Source: a virus (Duplodnaviria; Caudoviricetes). Taken from it: DNA of 64,000 bases. The notes under the pieces are model-generated. The model saw only the letters and a list, made by a program, of their open reading frames with translations, did not search any database and had not been told where the DNA came from. Positions 53,273-63,562 of this stretch are shown here, piece by piece. The position numbers were made by a program, and so were the translations under genes. Position 1 is the first letter of the stretch; every line of letters starts with the position of its first letter. Location: IMG/VR virus record IMGVR_UViG_2617271079_000001, positions 29,667-93,666 of that record; one strand, written 5' to 3'.

Positions 53273-55585
53273 TTGTCCAACTATTCCGTAGAAGCAGAAT
53301 TGAAAGCGAATGTCACGAAATATAGGAATGCCATTCAAAAGGCAAGGGAAATAACTAAGCGATTTAAAATAGAGGCTGAAAGTGCAGAAGATACGACTTT
53401 AAAGGCTGATATTAATCCACTTAAACGGAACATTAAAAAAGCGAAAAAAATGATGGAGTCATTTACAAGGAAGAAAGCCGAAAAGGAAGTAGATGCTGAT
53501 ACAGTTAGCTTCTTCAAGAAGATAAACAATTTACAAGCGAAAGCCAAAGCACTGGTTCGAAATAAAATAATAGTTCGAGTGGAAGCCAGAGTAGACAAGT
53601 TTCAAAGTAGAATTGATAGAATAGCTAAAACAATGAGTTCCGTTGGAATAGTGGCAGGCAATGCCCTTCAGGGAGGGTTTTTATCTGTTCTACCTGCAAT
53701 AGCCCCGGTAATCGCTAGTTTAGCAGGAGGGTTAGGCGGGCTTGCAACCTCTTTTGCGGCAGCGGGGACAGGAGCTATTTTATTTGGTTCTGTTGCTACA
53801 TCAGCTTTAAATGATGTTTTTGAGGCTAACAAAACTATCAAGGATCTACGAAAAGAACTTGCCAACACAACTGATCTAGAGAAGCGTGCGGAGATTTTGA
53901 AAGAAATTGAGCAAGCTCAAGCAAGTTTATCAAAAGAACAGCAACGTGGTCTAAAAGCTGTCCAGTCCTTCAGTAAATTTTGGACCAAGTTCTCCAAGCA
54001 ATTTGAAAAACCAGTGATGGACATTTTTATCCGTAGCTTAGAACAATTGGAAACATTGATAAAGAATCTAAAACCGGCATTCGATGGTGCAATAAGTGCA
54101 GCTAATTCTCTATCTAAGAGCCTTGGCTTTTCAATGGAAACACAGGAATTCAAGGAGTTTATTGGTTTCTTGAACGAGAATGTAGGACCTTCTATGACAG
54201 CACTTGGTAAGACCTTTGGGAATGTCATGAAGGGGATTATGAATTTAATGATTGCTTTCTCTCCACTTTCTCAAGATATGCAAGGAGGGTTAGTAGGTCT
54301 AACTGAAAAATTCGCGGCTTGGTCGGCTAAATTGGATGAGTCTAAAGGATTTCAAAACTTTATTAACTATGTAAAAGAAAACGGACCAAAGGTTATTACA
54401 CTTATAGGGAATTTGACTAGTTTCTTGATTCAGCTTGGTATCGGAATGGCACCACTCGGTTCTAAAATACTTGATTTAGTAAATGGCTTTTTGAGTTGGT
54501 CATCATCGATGATGAAGGCTTACCCACTTATTGGTCAACTGATCGCTTGGGCAATTTCTCTGACTGGGGTACTTATCGCTGTTATTCCAGCTGTGATTCT
54601 TCTAAGAACAGCCTTTGGTGGCTTTGTTGGAAAGATGATAGGTTGGTTACTTAAACTAAGTACTCGTGCATTAATCTGGGCAGCCCGGATGGCTCTATCT
54701 TGGGTGATAGCCATGGGACCAATTGGCTGGGTAACTGCAGCAATCATAGGCTTGGTGTTACTAGTTATAGCAAACTGGGATAAAGTGAAGCAATGGACTT
54801 TGAAAATTTGGTCCTGGGTTTCAAATTTTATTCTGAAATCTGCACTAAAAATCCTAGGGTACATCAAGGGGAATTTCCCTGAACTGTATAACATTATTCA
54901 GTCTTATATGCAGATGGCACTTTCAATCATCCAAAATATATGGGGCTTTATTATTAACAGCTTCAAAAACACACTTAATTTTTTGAAGGGGCTAATTACC
55001 GGAGATTTTAGAGCAATGAGTCAAGCGGTGTCTGATCAAATGCAAAATATGTTTAGAGCGGTGTCTTATATATGGGGAAGCATTACTGACTTCTTTGATA
55101 GTATCAATCTCTATGATTCTGGTAAAGCCATCATCCAAAGTGCAATCGATGGTTTATCATCCATGAAAGGAAAGATCCTGGGGGTAGTGGATAATATCGT
55201 TGGAGCAGTTCGTGATTTCTGGCCATTTTCACCAGCTAAACGTGGTCCATTAAGCGATATCCATAGGATGGACTTTAAAGGCCCTATAAGAACATCAATC
55301 GAAAAGGCTAAGTCACCTTTAGTAAGGGCAACGGCAAAGCTGGCAGGAGGAGTTAGAACAGCATTCAATCCGGAGCTGTCAGTCAACGCTTCACAAATTA
55401 GATCAAGTCTAAAAGGTTTGAAAAAAAGTAGTACTTCTCAGGTCAGTAGCGCAATTAATGCACAAGTACAGGTTACAACGAAGCAGCCTGTTACGATTAG
55501 TCTGAAATTAGGACGCCAAGTTTTTAAAGCTTTTGTCAGTGATATTACAGAAGTTCAAGAAAGAGAATTACACTCCGGGAACTAA
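53273..55585 (+). CDS. Tail tape measure protein
   Basis: 770 aa, Trp/Phe-periodic amphipathic repeats, PFSPAKRGPL motif. Confidence 0.88.
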   Translation: MSNYSVEAELKANVTKYRNAIQKAREITKRFKIEAESAEDTTLKADINPLKRNIKKAKKMMESFTRKKAEKEVDADTVSFFKKINNLQAKAKALVRNKIIVRVEARVDKFQSRIDRIAKTMSSVGIVAGNALQGGFLSVLPAIAPVIASLAGGLGGLATSFAAAGTGAILFGSVATSALNDVFEANKTIKDLRKELANTTDLEKRAEILKEIEQAQASLSKEQQRGLKAVQSFSKFWTKFSKQFEKPVMDIFIRSLEQLETLIKNLKPAFDGAISAANSLSKSLGFSMETQEFKEFIGFLNENVGPSMTALGKTFGNVMKGIMNLMIAFSPLSQDMQGGLVGLTEKFAAWSAKLDESKGFQNFINYVKENGPKVITLIGNLTSFLIQLGIGMAPLGSKILDLVNGFLSWSSSMMKAYPLIGQLIAWAISLTGVLIAVIPAVILLRTAFGGFVGKMIGWLLKLSTRALIWAARMALSWVIAMGPIGWVTAAIIGLVLLVIANWDKVKQWTLKIWSWVSNFILKSALKILGYIKGNFPELYNIIQSYMQMALSIIQNIWGFIINSFKNTLNFLKGLITGDFRAMSQAVSDQMQNMFRAVSYIWGSITDFFDSINLYDSGKAIIQSAIDGLSSMKGKILGVVDNIVGAVRDFWPFSPAKRGPLSDIHRMDFKGPIRTSIEKAKSPLVRATAKLAGGVRTAFNPELSVNASQIRSSLKGLKKSSTSQVSSAINAQVQVTTKQPVTISLKLGRQVFKAFVSDITEVQERELHSGN

Positions 55586-55597
55586 AGGAGGTACTTT

Positions 55598-57094
55598 ATG
55601 TATGAGTTTGTAGACCTAACGGAGCCTGGTACTTTAAATACCTCTCTATCTATCCAAACCATTTTTAATGGAACAAATATTGATGAGGCACTGTCTGACC
55701 AATATGGAAGCTTTACAACTTTAACCGTATCAGGAAGAAGTAACGTGAATAATCGAATCAATGCGTTTGAAATACCAGGACGAGACGGACTTATGGAATC
55801 AAGCGAACTAACAAGTAGTGAAAAAGAAATCACAGTTAAATATAAAATCACAGACAGGACAAATGAAGGCTTTCGTCAAAGGTATAACCGCTTGAATGCC
55901 TTCTTACAAGGATCAAAAAAAGAACTGGTATTTACAGATGAAAATGCTAGCTTTAATGCGACTATGTCTTCAAATGATGTTCCAGAAGAAGATTCAAATA
56001 TTTTAATCGGGAGTATTACGTTCTTATGCTCGGATCCCAATAAATATGGAGGAGTTAAAGATCCTATCTTCACAAATTTAGACATTCCAATCACCCTCCA
56101 TAATGGGGGAAATGTCTTGACTCCACCTACATTCCGATTTGTTCTTTCTAAACCAACTACCTTCCTGGACATCATTGGCGATGAAGACTATATGAGAATT
56201 GGTCGCCCGGTAACGGTAGATCAAACACCTTTCCAAAAATACACCAATATCCTAACGGCAAATGGAGAAAATATGACGGGATGGGCCAATGCCTTGTTCG
56301 CGCCTGATGGAGGAAACAATGGAGGAACACTGGTAGCAGATGGGCTAGACTACTATGCAACTAGTTATGGTTCAGGAAGCTCGTGGCACGGACCAACTAA
56401 AGCACGCTCTGTGAGCACAACGGCTACTGATTATTTAATCAGGGCTTTTTTTAATGTTGGAAATAATCCTTCCCAGCGTGCACGTACAGAGGTTTATCTA
56501 TTAAATGCATCCAGTCAAGTGATGGGAAAGGTTTCAGTTGTTTTACGAAAATCTACAGGAGGTGTAGATGTAGAGATTAATCTCAGGAATGGAGCTAATT
56601 CAAAATACATCGTTTCGATGGACTGGACCTATTCAGATTTCTTTGGATATATGGACATTGAGAAAGAGGGAACAGAGTTTAAATTCTCGATTGCACAGCA
56701 AGGAATCCGTGAGGACGGTTCAAATTATACTAGACATAAACCAACGTTCAACTATAACGATTTGAACAACGAATTCCAACAGGATTTGGCTGCTGTAGGG
56801 ATGCATATTGGTACTCATGGCAATTCTCCTACACCATCAAAAGCCAGAATTCGCTTGATTGAAGTATATAGAATCAATTCTCAACCTGAAGGAATCCCAT
56901 ATATCGGAGAAGCCGGGGATGTCTTTGAATTTAACCATAAAGAATCAAGAATTTATAAAAATGGAGATCGATTTACCGGGAAGGACTTTGGAGCACGCTT
57001 CTTCCATCTACAAAAGGGGGATAACGTCTTTGTAGTGAACCCTTCGGATGTAGTTTCGGAAGTCCGGGCAATATGGAGGGATGCGTACCGATGA
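55598..57094 (+). CDS. Distal tail protein (Dit) with inserted domain
   Basis: MYEFVD, TLTVSGR and FLCSDPNKYG; C-terminal two-thirds similar to 10237..11649. Confidence 0.87.
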   Translation: MYEFVDLTEPGTLNTSLSIQTIFNGTNIDEALSDQYGSFTTLTVSGRSNVNNRINAFEIPGRDGLMESSELTSSEKEITVKYKITDRTNEGFRQRYNRLNAFLQGSKKELVFTDENASFNATMSSNDVPEEDSNILIGSITFLCSDPNKYGGVKDPIFTNLDIPITLHNGGNVLTPPTFRFVLSKPTTFLDIIGDEDYMRIGRPVTVDQTPFQKYTNILTANGENMTGWANALFAPDGGNNGGTLVADGLDYYATSYGSGSSWHGPTKARSVSTTATDYLIRAFFNVGNNPSQRARTEVYLLNASSQVMGKVSVVLRKSTGGVDVEINLRNGANSKYIVSMDWTYSDFFGYMDIEKEGTEFKFSIAQQGIREDGSNYTRHKPTFNYNDLNNEFQQDLAAVGMHIGTHGNSPTPSKARIRLIEVYRINSQPEGIPYIGEAGDVFEFNHKESRIYKNGDRFTGKDFGARFFHLQKGDNVFVVNPSDVVSEVRAIWRDAYR

Positions 57095-60000
57095 GTATCA
57101 TCCACATTCTTGATCATCAAAATAGCGAAATTGTAGGTTGGATTACGAATGTATCCTATGACAGTCATCAGAATTCACTTGATAATAATGAGAAGTACGA
57201 ATTTATCGCACCTGTAACAGAAGAAGATCTAGATAAGATTCAAGGGCGATCGCGACTCCTCATCCCAGCTGACGAAGGAGATTACAGAGAATTTATAGTA
57301 TACGAGAAAGATGACTTAACCAAACAGGGAGAGGTCGAAGTATATGCAGAAGCTTCCTATTATGATCTTCGAAAGCTAAAAACCATTCATCCAGAGGTAA
57401 GAGATGGTCAAACCGTAGAAGCCGCAGGAACATTTGTCTTGCAGGGGATAAACGGCTGGGAGCTAGGAATAACTGAATATAGTGGGATTCGCAAGTGGAC
57501 CATTGAGAAAGACCTGGATGCTTACGAAGCTTTAAAAGCGATTGCTTCTTTATTCGATTGTGAGATACGCTTTCGTGTCGTTATATCCGGAAACAAGGTT
57601 ATCGGTCGATTCGTAGATTTTGTGAAAAAGGTTGGCCAGGACTCTGGAAAAGAAATCGTGGAAGGCAAAGACCTACTTGGCATCAAGCGTAGACTATTAG
57701 CCAAGCGTGTTGTTTCCGCCCTGATCTGTCTTGGACCTAAAAGAGAAGACGGTAGCCAATTAAAGGTGACAGTGACAGATGAAGCAGCCTTCCAAAACTG
57801 GAATTGGCAAGGGCAACACCTTGTAGAGGTATATGAACCACAATCTACTGACACAGAAATGACCGAGGAACGTCTGACTCAATTGGGAAAAGCTGAACTC
57901 AAGAAGCGAATCACTGCAGCTGTCGAGTATGAAGCGGAAGGCGCTGCCCTGGATCACATATTTGGCTACGATCATGAAGTTGTTCATTTAGGGGACTCTG
58001 CCAAAATTAAAGATGAAAAATTCAATCCTCCGATGTACTTAGATTCGAGGGTTGTTTTTGTTGAACGTTCTATCTTCAATAAGTCTAAGAAGAAGTACAA
58101 GCTCGGTGAGGTCATTGAGTATAAAAAAGAGGACGTATTTCGTGTCTGGAAAGACCTACAAGCACTTTACGCCACCAAGGTTATAAAATCTCCCACACCT
58201 CCAAAAGGCAAAACAAATATTATCTGGATCAAAACTGGTGGAAGCGTTGAAATTGCTCACACCTGGAATCCTGAAATCAATAAATGGGTTCCGACCGGTG
58301 GGAGCTTATATATATGGGTGATGTATGCAGATACCCAAAATGGTGCAGGAATATCCTCTTCACCAGTCGGGAAAGCCTATGTTGGTTTTGCTTACAATAA
58401 AACAGAAGAATCCCCATCGTTGGATCCATCTGAATACGAATGGATGTTACTGAAAGGAGAGCAGGGTGTTCCCGGTCCTCCTGGTGAAGATGGACAACCT
58501 ACCTATACATGGATTAAATACGCCGATGATTCGAATGGGAATGGCATGAGTGACAATCCCTCCGGCAAAAAGTATGTCGGCTTGTCTCCCAATCAATCGA
58601 CGGACGTAGAGAGTAATGTTGCAACTGATTATAAGTGGGTTCTGTTTAAAGGGGAGAAAGGAGACAAAGGCGATCCAGGGGAACGTGGACTCCAAGGTTT
58701 ACAAGGTCCTCAGGGTGACCAGGGCATCCCTGGAGTAAAGGGAGAAACCGGGAGATCCTCTTACACTCACGTAGCGTATGCTACCAATAGTACTGGGACA
58801 AGTGGATTCTCAGTAAGCGACCCCGTCAACAAAACCTATATTGGGATCTATGTGGACCAGACATCTACGGACTCAGGTAACCCTTCGAAGTATAAATGGA
58901 CGCTTATTAAAGGAGAAAAAGGAGACCAAGGGACGCCTGGTCCAACCGGTGAGGATGGCTTAACGCCTTTCCTTCATATCGCCTATGCAACAAATAGTAT
59001 TGGAACAAGTGGGTTTTCGGTGAGTGATTCAACAGGAAGAACCTATATCGGCACCTACACGGATTATGAACAAAATGATTCCACCAGCCCAGCCGACTAC
59101 AAATGGACGCTTATTAAAGGCGAAAAAGGGGATAAAGGAGATACAGGACCCCAGGGGCCGCCTGGCCTCCAAGGTATTCAAGGACCTAAAGGAGAGCAGG
59201 GAATTAAAGGGGCTACCGGAGCTGATGGGAGAACGTCATACACTCACATCGCCTATGCGAATAATTCTACTGGAACAAGCGGATTTTCTGTAGGTGATTC
59301 AAATGGGAAAACTTATATTGGTATGTATACTGACTTCACGGAAGCAGATTCTACAACACCAAGCCAATACAAATGGACTTTAATTAAAGGGGCAGACGGG
59401 AACCAGGGGATTCAAGGGCCACCTGGATCTAATGGACAGACCCCATACTTCCATACAGCTTGGTCAAACAATTCTACTGGAACCAGTGGTTTTTCTACCA
59501 CAAGTGCTTCTGGAAGAACTTATATAGGAACCTATACGGATTTTACTTCTGCTGATTCATCAGACCCTTCCAAATATACCTGGGCTCTTCTAAAAGGTGA
59601 AAAAGGGGATACTGGTGATCGTGGCCCTACTGGTCCAACTGGACCTGGGGGATCTCAAGGGGAGCCAGGGTTTAAATTGGATTGGGTAACTTCAGCTTAT
59701 GGCAAAGTTGATGATCAAGGCAGGATTTATAAAAATGGTGGATCTTCTTGGTATGAAGGTGCTTATACGAAAGAAACATACACAGATGGTGTTTTTTTAA
59801 GTTTCAAACCGAGGTATACATCACAATCACTTATGTTCGGTATACATGACGATGCCCCTAACGCAAATTATTATTATTATACGTCTGGTTATTTTATGTT
59901 TTATTTAGCATCTGATGGGACGGCAAGGTCAAGATATTCAGGAACAAATGAGATTAATCATGGAGCATTTTCCCCTGGAGATTCATTTGTACTTGTTTAT

Positions 60001-61371
60001 GATGGTGACTCCGTTAAGTATTATAAGAATGGAACATTACTCAGGACAGTAAATACGATACCCGGTAGGGAATTTAGTGCCATGTTATCAGGTTCAGGAA
60101 GCAATTCTTCGTATCAACTTTACGATATTTATTTTGCCCCATCTGGCGCTAGAGGACCCAACAAAGTAGATGAGCATACCACGTTTGGCGTAGATTGGTT
60201 AGAGGCGAACATGATTAAATCATTGAACGGGCTTAATATCAACAATCAATTTAAAGTTGATGGTTCTGGAAATGTAGAATTCTCCGGACACCTTAATGGG
60301 GCAACAGGTAGCTTCTCAGGTAAACTTAACTCCTCTCAGATGGAGGTTGGACCCTTAAATAATGATGCAGGATCCTCTACTATATTTGGGCTCCAGTACA
60401 ACAATACTTCTGATGGCGGAAATACTTTCTATACAGATGGTATTATGGCGTTTGAAGGCTGGGCTGGGGGATTAACTTTATATCATCGGAAAGATGGTGG
60501 GGGGGCCGATTTCTTAACGCGATTTAATATAAGTGCCAGGTCAATGGATCTAAAAGGGGGTCCTTTCTCTGCTGACGACATAAATTCCAGAGGAAGTATC
60601 GAGGCATCCGGAAAGATTGTATCCGGGAGCGATATCTATTTTAATAACAGGGCTTTAATAGCTTCTGGAAGTGGCACAAATACTGATCACTTATGGCATG
60701 ATGATGGGGCAAATGCCTGGCATTTTGTATCCGATTCGACATACAAAGGGACCGGTAACTCAAAATTAGTTGCTGGATCATTATTATTAAGTAGTGGAGT
60801 GGAAATTGACCCTTCTGGAGGGAGTGGTAGATGGAAATCAGGGAACGGAAACTATATTTATCAGAATGGAGATGCAACGGGGAACAGAAGAGGGCTAGTT
60901 GATTTCTATATGGATGACACAATTCCATTCGAATTTTACTCCAAGTGGGATGATTACGGCCATGCAGCCATAAGAATGGGGAAAACAACCATTCAAGGAT
61001 TGAACGGAAGCACCCCTGCTCTTCAAATCAGGAATGAATATAATACGTCTTATGCACGAATCGATGCTTCTGATTTTAGGACTGTTTCAGATGAGCGACT
61101 AAAAGAGAACATGATTGAGTTCGAAAAAAATGAGATCCTTCAAGAATTTTTAAACATCGCTCCGAAGCAATATAGTCTTATCTCAGACGAAACTCACACC
61201 ATGAGAATAGGACTGTCTGCACAGGAAGCTCCAGAAGAGCTAAGAAGTGATTTTGGAGATGAATTAGGCATCGACTTATATGCTATGAACACGTACCTGT
61301 GGAAAGTCTTGCAGGAAGCTGTGAAAGAAATCCATATGTTGAAACAAGGTTGGCACAGTCACATGAATTAG
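57091..61371 (+). CDS. Tal/host-specificity fibre protein with collagen repeats and C-terminal S74 chaperone
   Basis: Tal N-terminus; Gly-X-Y tracts alternating with ~6 YTHIAYA...YKWTLIKG modules; SDERLKEN autocleavage motif. Confidence 0.9.
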   Translation: MSIIHILDHQNSEIVGWITNVSYDSHQNSLDNNEKYEFIAPVTEEDLDKIQGRSRLLIPADEGDYREFIVYEKDDLTKQGEVEVYAEASYYDLRKLKTIHPEVRDGQTVEAAGTFVLQGINGWELGITEYSGIRKWTIEKDLDAYEALKAIASLFDCEIRFRVVISGNKVIGRFVDFVKKVGQDSGKEIVEGKDLLGIKRRLLAKRVVSALICLGPKREDGSQLKVTVTDEAAFQNWNWQGQHLVEVYEPQSTDTEMTEERLTQLGKAELKKRITAAVEYEAEGAALDHIFGYDHEVVHLGDSAKIKDEKFNPPMYLDSRVVFVERSIFNKSKKKYKLGEVIEYKKEDVFRVWKDLQALYATKVIKSPTPPKGKTNIIWIKTGGSVEIAHTWNPEINKWVPTGGSLYIWVMYADTQNGAGISSSPVGKAYVGFAYNKTEESPSLDPSEYEWMLLKGEQGVPGPPGEDGQPTYTWIKYADDSNGNGMSDNPSGKKYVGLSPNQSTDVESNVATDYKWVLFKGEKGDKGDPGERGLQGLQGPQGDQGIPGVKGETGRSSYTHVAYATNSTGTSGFSVSDPVNKTYIGIYVDQTSTDSGNPSKYKWTLIKGEKGDQGTPGPTGEDGLTPFLHIAYATNSIGTSGFSVSDSTGRTYIGTYTDYEQNDSTSPADYKWTLIKGEKGDKGDTGPQGPPGLQGIQGPKGEQGIKGATGADGRTSYTHIAYANNSTGTSGFSVGDSNGKTYIGMYTDFTEADSTTPSQYKWTLIKGADGNQGIQGPPGSNGQTPYFHTAWSNNSTGTSGFSTTSASGRTYIGTYTDFTSADSSDPSKYTWALLKGEKGDTGDRGPTGPTGPGGSQGEPGFKLDWVTSAYGKVDDQGRIYKNGGSSWYEGAYTKETYTDGVFLSFKPRYTSQSLMFGIHDDAPNANYYYYTSGYFMFYLASDGTARSRYSGTNEINHGAFSPGDSFVLVYDGDSVKYYKNGTLLRTVNTIPGREFSAMLSGSGSNSSYQLYDIYFAPSGARGPNKVDEHTTFGVDWLEANMIKSLNGLNINNQFKVDGSGNVEFSGHLNGATGSFSGKLNSSQMEVGPLNNDAGSSTIFGLQYNNTSDGGNTFYTDGIMAFEGWAGGLTLYHRKDGGGADFLTRFNISARSMDLKGGPFSADDINSRGSIEASGKIVSGSDIYFNNRALIASGSGTNTDHLWHDDGANAWHFVSDSTYKGTGNSKLVAGSLLLSSGVEIDPSGGSGRWKSGNGNYIYQNGDATGNRRGLVDFYMDDTIPFEFYSKWDDYGHAAIRMGKTTIQGLNGSTPALQIRNEYNTSYARIDASDFRTVSDERLKENMIEFEKNEILQEFLNIAPKQYSLISDETHTMRIGLSAQEAPEELRSDFGDELGIDLYAMNTYLWKVLQEAVKEIHMLKQGWHSHMN

Positions 61372-61386
61372 AGAAGGAGTGAACTG

Positions 61387-61566
61387 ATGGAACAAAAACC
61401 ATTAAGTTTAGAGGAAAAGGTGATTCTTCAGCTGCAAGCAAAGGTTGGTCAACTTGAAGGGAACTTAGCCTTTGTAAGGGCCGAGCTGCAAGAGTTTCAA
61501 CAAAAGAACCAAGCCTTATCCCATGAGGTTGCTAAGTATCAAGGGAGAACATCCAATTCAGAATAA
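61387..61566 (+). CDS. 59-aa coiled-coil tail-module protein
   Basis: MEQKPLSLEEKVILQLQAKVGQLEG...; AAGGAG RBS; not in ORF track. Confidence 0.6.
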   Translation: MEQKPLSLEEKVILQLQAKVGQLEGNLAFVRAELQEFQQKNQALSHEVAKYQGRTSNSE

Positions 61567-61605
61567 CCTACAGAACAAGATTAAGTCTAAGAATGTTTAT
61601 TTATT

Positions 61606-61806
61606 TTACTGACTGCTTTTAGTAGAATTCACAGATTTAATAATGATGGTGGTTTGTAAAGTTGAATAAACCAATCCTAATAAAGTCAATATTATCCCAC
61701 TAATTATAAATCGTTTTCTGTTTTTTTCTTGCCCAAGATGTGTGAAGTAATAATGAACTATTAAGCATAACATCATTAAAATAAAGGAAGGAAAATTTTT
61801 TTTCAT
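61606..61806 (-). CDS. Small two-TM membrane protein (antisense moron)
   Basis: Two hydrophobic segments; GGAG RBS. Confidence 0.5.
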   Translation of the reverse strand: MKKNFPSFILMMLCLIVHYYFTHLGQEKNRKRFIISGIILTLLGLVYSTLQTTIIIKSVNSTKSSQ

Positions 61807-61914
61807 TGTTTATCTCTCCTGTGACTACGTTTTCGTTATTTTTCCCGATGACACTTGAAATATTCGAGAGATGAAAGGAGGTGATCCTACTCATGAAAAA
61901 TAGAGAAGGGGGCA

Positions 61915-62202
61915 ATGGCAATTTCAAACACGGTGGAGGTACAACATGAAATGAATCATTACGAGAAAGATATAGTGGAAATGAAGAGTGATATAAAGAT
62001 CCTCGAAAAAGAAGTTAGTGACCTGAAAAGCACGACTACCCGGCATGAGGAGCAGATCACCACACTCAATAAAACACTTAACAAAATTGATGAAAACACG
62101 ACCTGGATTAAAAGGAAAATAACTGGTGCGATTATAACGGCAATTAGCTCTGGAGTTATTGGAGGAGCAATTGCTATTTTTTATGGGTTCATTCAGAAAT
62201 AG
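61915..62202 (+). CDS. XhlA-family lysis protein (start possibly 61951)
   Basis: IDENTTWIKRKITGA plus TM; homologous to 16506..16757. Confidence 0.8.
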   Translation: MAISNTVEVQHEMNHYEKDIVEMKSDIKILEKEVSDLKSTTTRHEEQITTLNKTLNKIDENTTWIKRKITGAIITAISSGVIGGAIAIFYGFIQK

Positions 62203-62216
62203 AGGAGGAAAATTAA

Positions 62217-62453
62217 ATGAAAAAAGACATTTTCACATTGCTCGGAGGTTTTCTGACCTCCGTATTTTTATTTCTAGGAACAATAGGGGTTAGTTTTGAC
62301 TGGTTCAACCATACAAGTATTGATGCATTTGTATTCATGGCAGCGGCGGCAGCTTCACTTGTATTGAACGTTTATGCTGTATGGAAAAACACACATGTGC
62401 GCGATCGATTAAAAGAGAACGCACTCAAGAAACAAATGGTGATGAAGAAATAA
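62217..62453 (+). CDS. Holin
   Basis: Two TMs, YAVWKNT, basic tail; precedes amidase. Confidence 0.8.
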   Translation: MKKDIFTLLGGFLTSVFLFLGTIGVSFDWFNHTSIDAFVFMAAAAASLVLNVYAVWKNTHVRDRLKENALKKQMVMKK

Positions 62454-62500
62454 GAGCTGCCTTTAAGGTGGCTTTTTTAATTTGAAAGGAGAGAATGTGA

Positions 62501-63379
62501 ATGCCAACAATAGGTAACGACATTGGTCATGGAAATGATACGTTCGATAGAACTGGTGGTAAAGGCGTAATTGTTAATAGAAAGGTCTATGAAGAGCACT
62601 CGTTCAATTCAAGGGTTGCCGTATCTTTATCAAACCATTTAAAGAGATGTGGTATTAGAGAAAAGATGATACAACAGCCGAATAAACCAGAAGTATCCTT
62701 ATCACACCGCACTGACTTTTATAATGAAAAAAATGTGGATGCAGTTATATCAAACCACGCAAACGCAAATAGGAATAAATCGATAAAGGGAATATGCGTC
62801 TTTGCCTGGCATAATCACCCTGAATCTCAACGACTCCAACAACTTTTAATCGAAGAATACGAAAAGATGGGATTCGATATTCACGGAAACGGGGACCACG
62901 AAAGTGAACTTGGTAGCTGGACGGACTTGCACATAGTCAGAGAAACCAAGATGACAGCATGTTTAATTGAAAATGGCTTTATGACAAATCCAGATGACTT
63001 TAAAAAGATATTCTTGGATCCAGGTTACGCCGAGCGATGCGCTGAAGCACAAGCAAGAGCACTATGCAGATTTTTCAATAAGAAATATGTTGAAGTGGTT
63101 GCAAAGCCACAGCAAAAGGAGGAAGAAGAAATGATTAAAATGGCAGTAGTAGTGTATTCAGATGCAGACTTAAGCGTGGGATACGATTTAGCGAATGAAA
63201 AGAAGTGTGGGCTTTATAACCGAAAGTCTCTCGTAAATGAAAAACTGAAGATCAATGAACTCATGGTAGTCGGTGGACCAACCGACGGATTAGAGAAAAA
63301 GACAAATCGCGTCATTGATCTTTCTGGTACCAATCGATGGGAAACTCGGAAAAAAGTAATATCATATTTAGGAAAATAG
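62501..63379 (+). CDS. Endolysin, Amidase_3 with CD27L-like C-terminal domain
   Basis: DIGHG, E, SNHAN and LIENGF motifs; C-terminal domain nearly identical to that of 17093..17989. Confidence 0.92.
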   Translation: MPTIGNDIGHGNDTFDRTGGKGVIVNRKVYEEHSFNSRVAVSLSNHLKRCGIREKMIQQPNKPEVSLSHRTDFYNEKNVDAVISNHANANRNKSIKGICVFAWHNHPESQRLQQLLIEEYEKMGFDIHGNGDHESELGSWTDLHIVRETKMTACLIENGFMTNPDDFKKIFLDPGYAERCAEAQARALCRFFNKKYVEVVAKPQQKEEEEMIKMAVVVYSDADLSVGYDLANEKKCGLYNRKSLVNEKLKINELMVVGGPTDGLEKKTNRVIDLSGTNRWETRKKVISYLGK

Positions 63380-63562
63380 GAAAATTTAATATACCGATAA
63401 TCACTAAAATGTGTAAAAATACCTGTTTTATTGTATTATTTCTCCATTAATCTAAGTAAATATAATTATAAGAATATTCCCTTTTTTAGGAATATTTTTA
63501 TGCTAATATAAAAAAAGAGTATTAAGCGCTTATTTACTTAATAAAAATTTGGAGGTATAATC

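Noticed and set aside
723-60988. Numerous 60-180 aa ORF-track entries antisense to or overlapping structural genes (e.g. 2028..2564, 8472..8930, 60641..60988)
   Set aside because: They are shadows of long, motif-bearing phage genes, lacking RBS and recognisable domains.
57091-61371. Diversity-generating retroelement acting on the tail fibre
   Set aside because: No RT gene and no adenine-specific TR/VR repeat pair seen; the repeats are coding modules.
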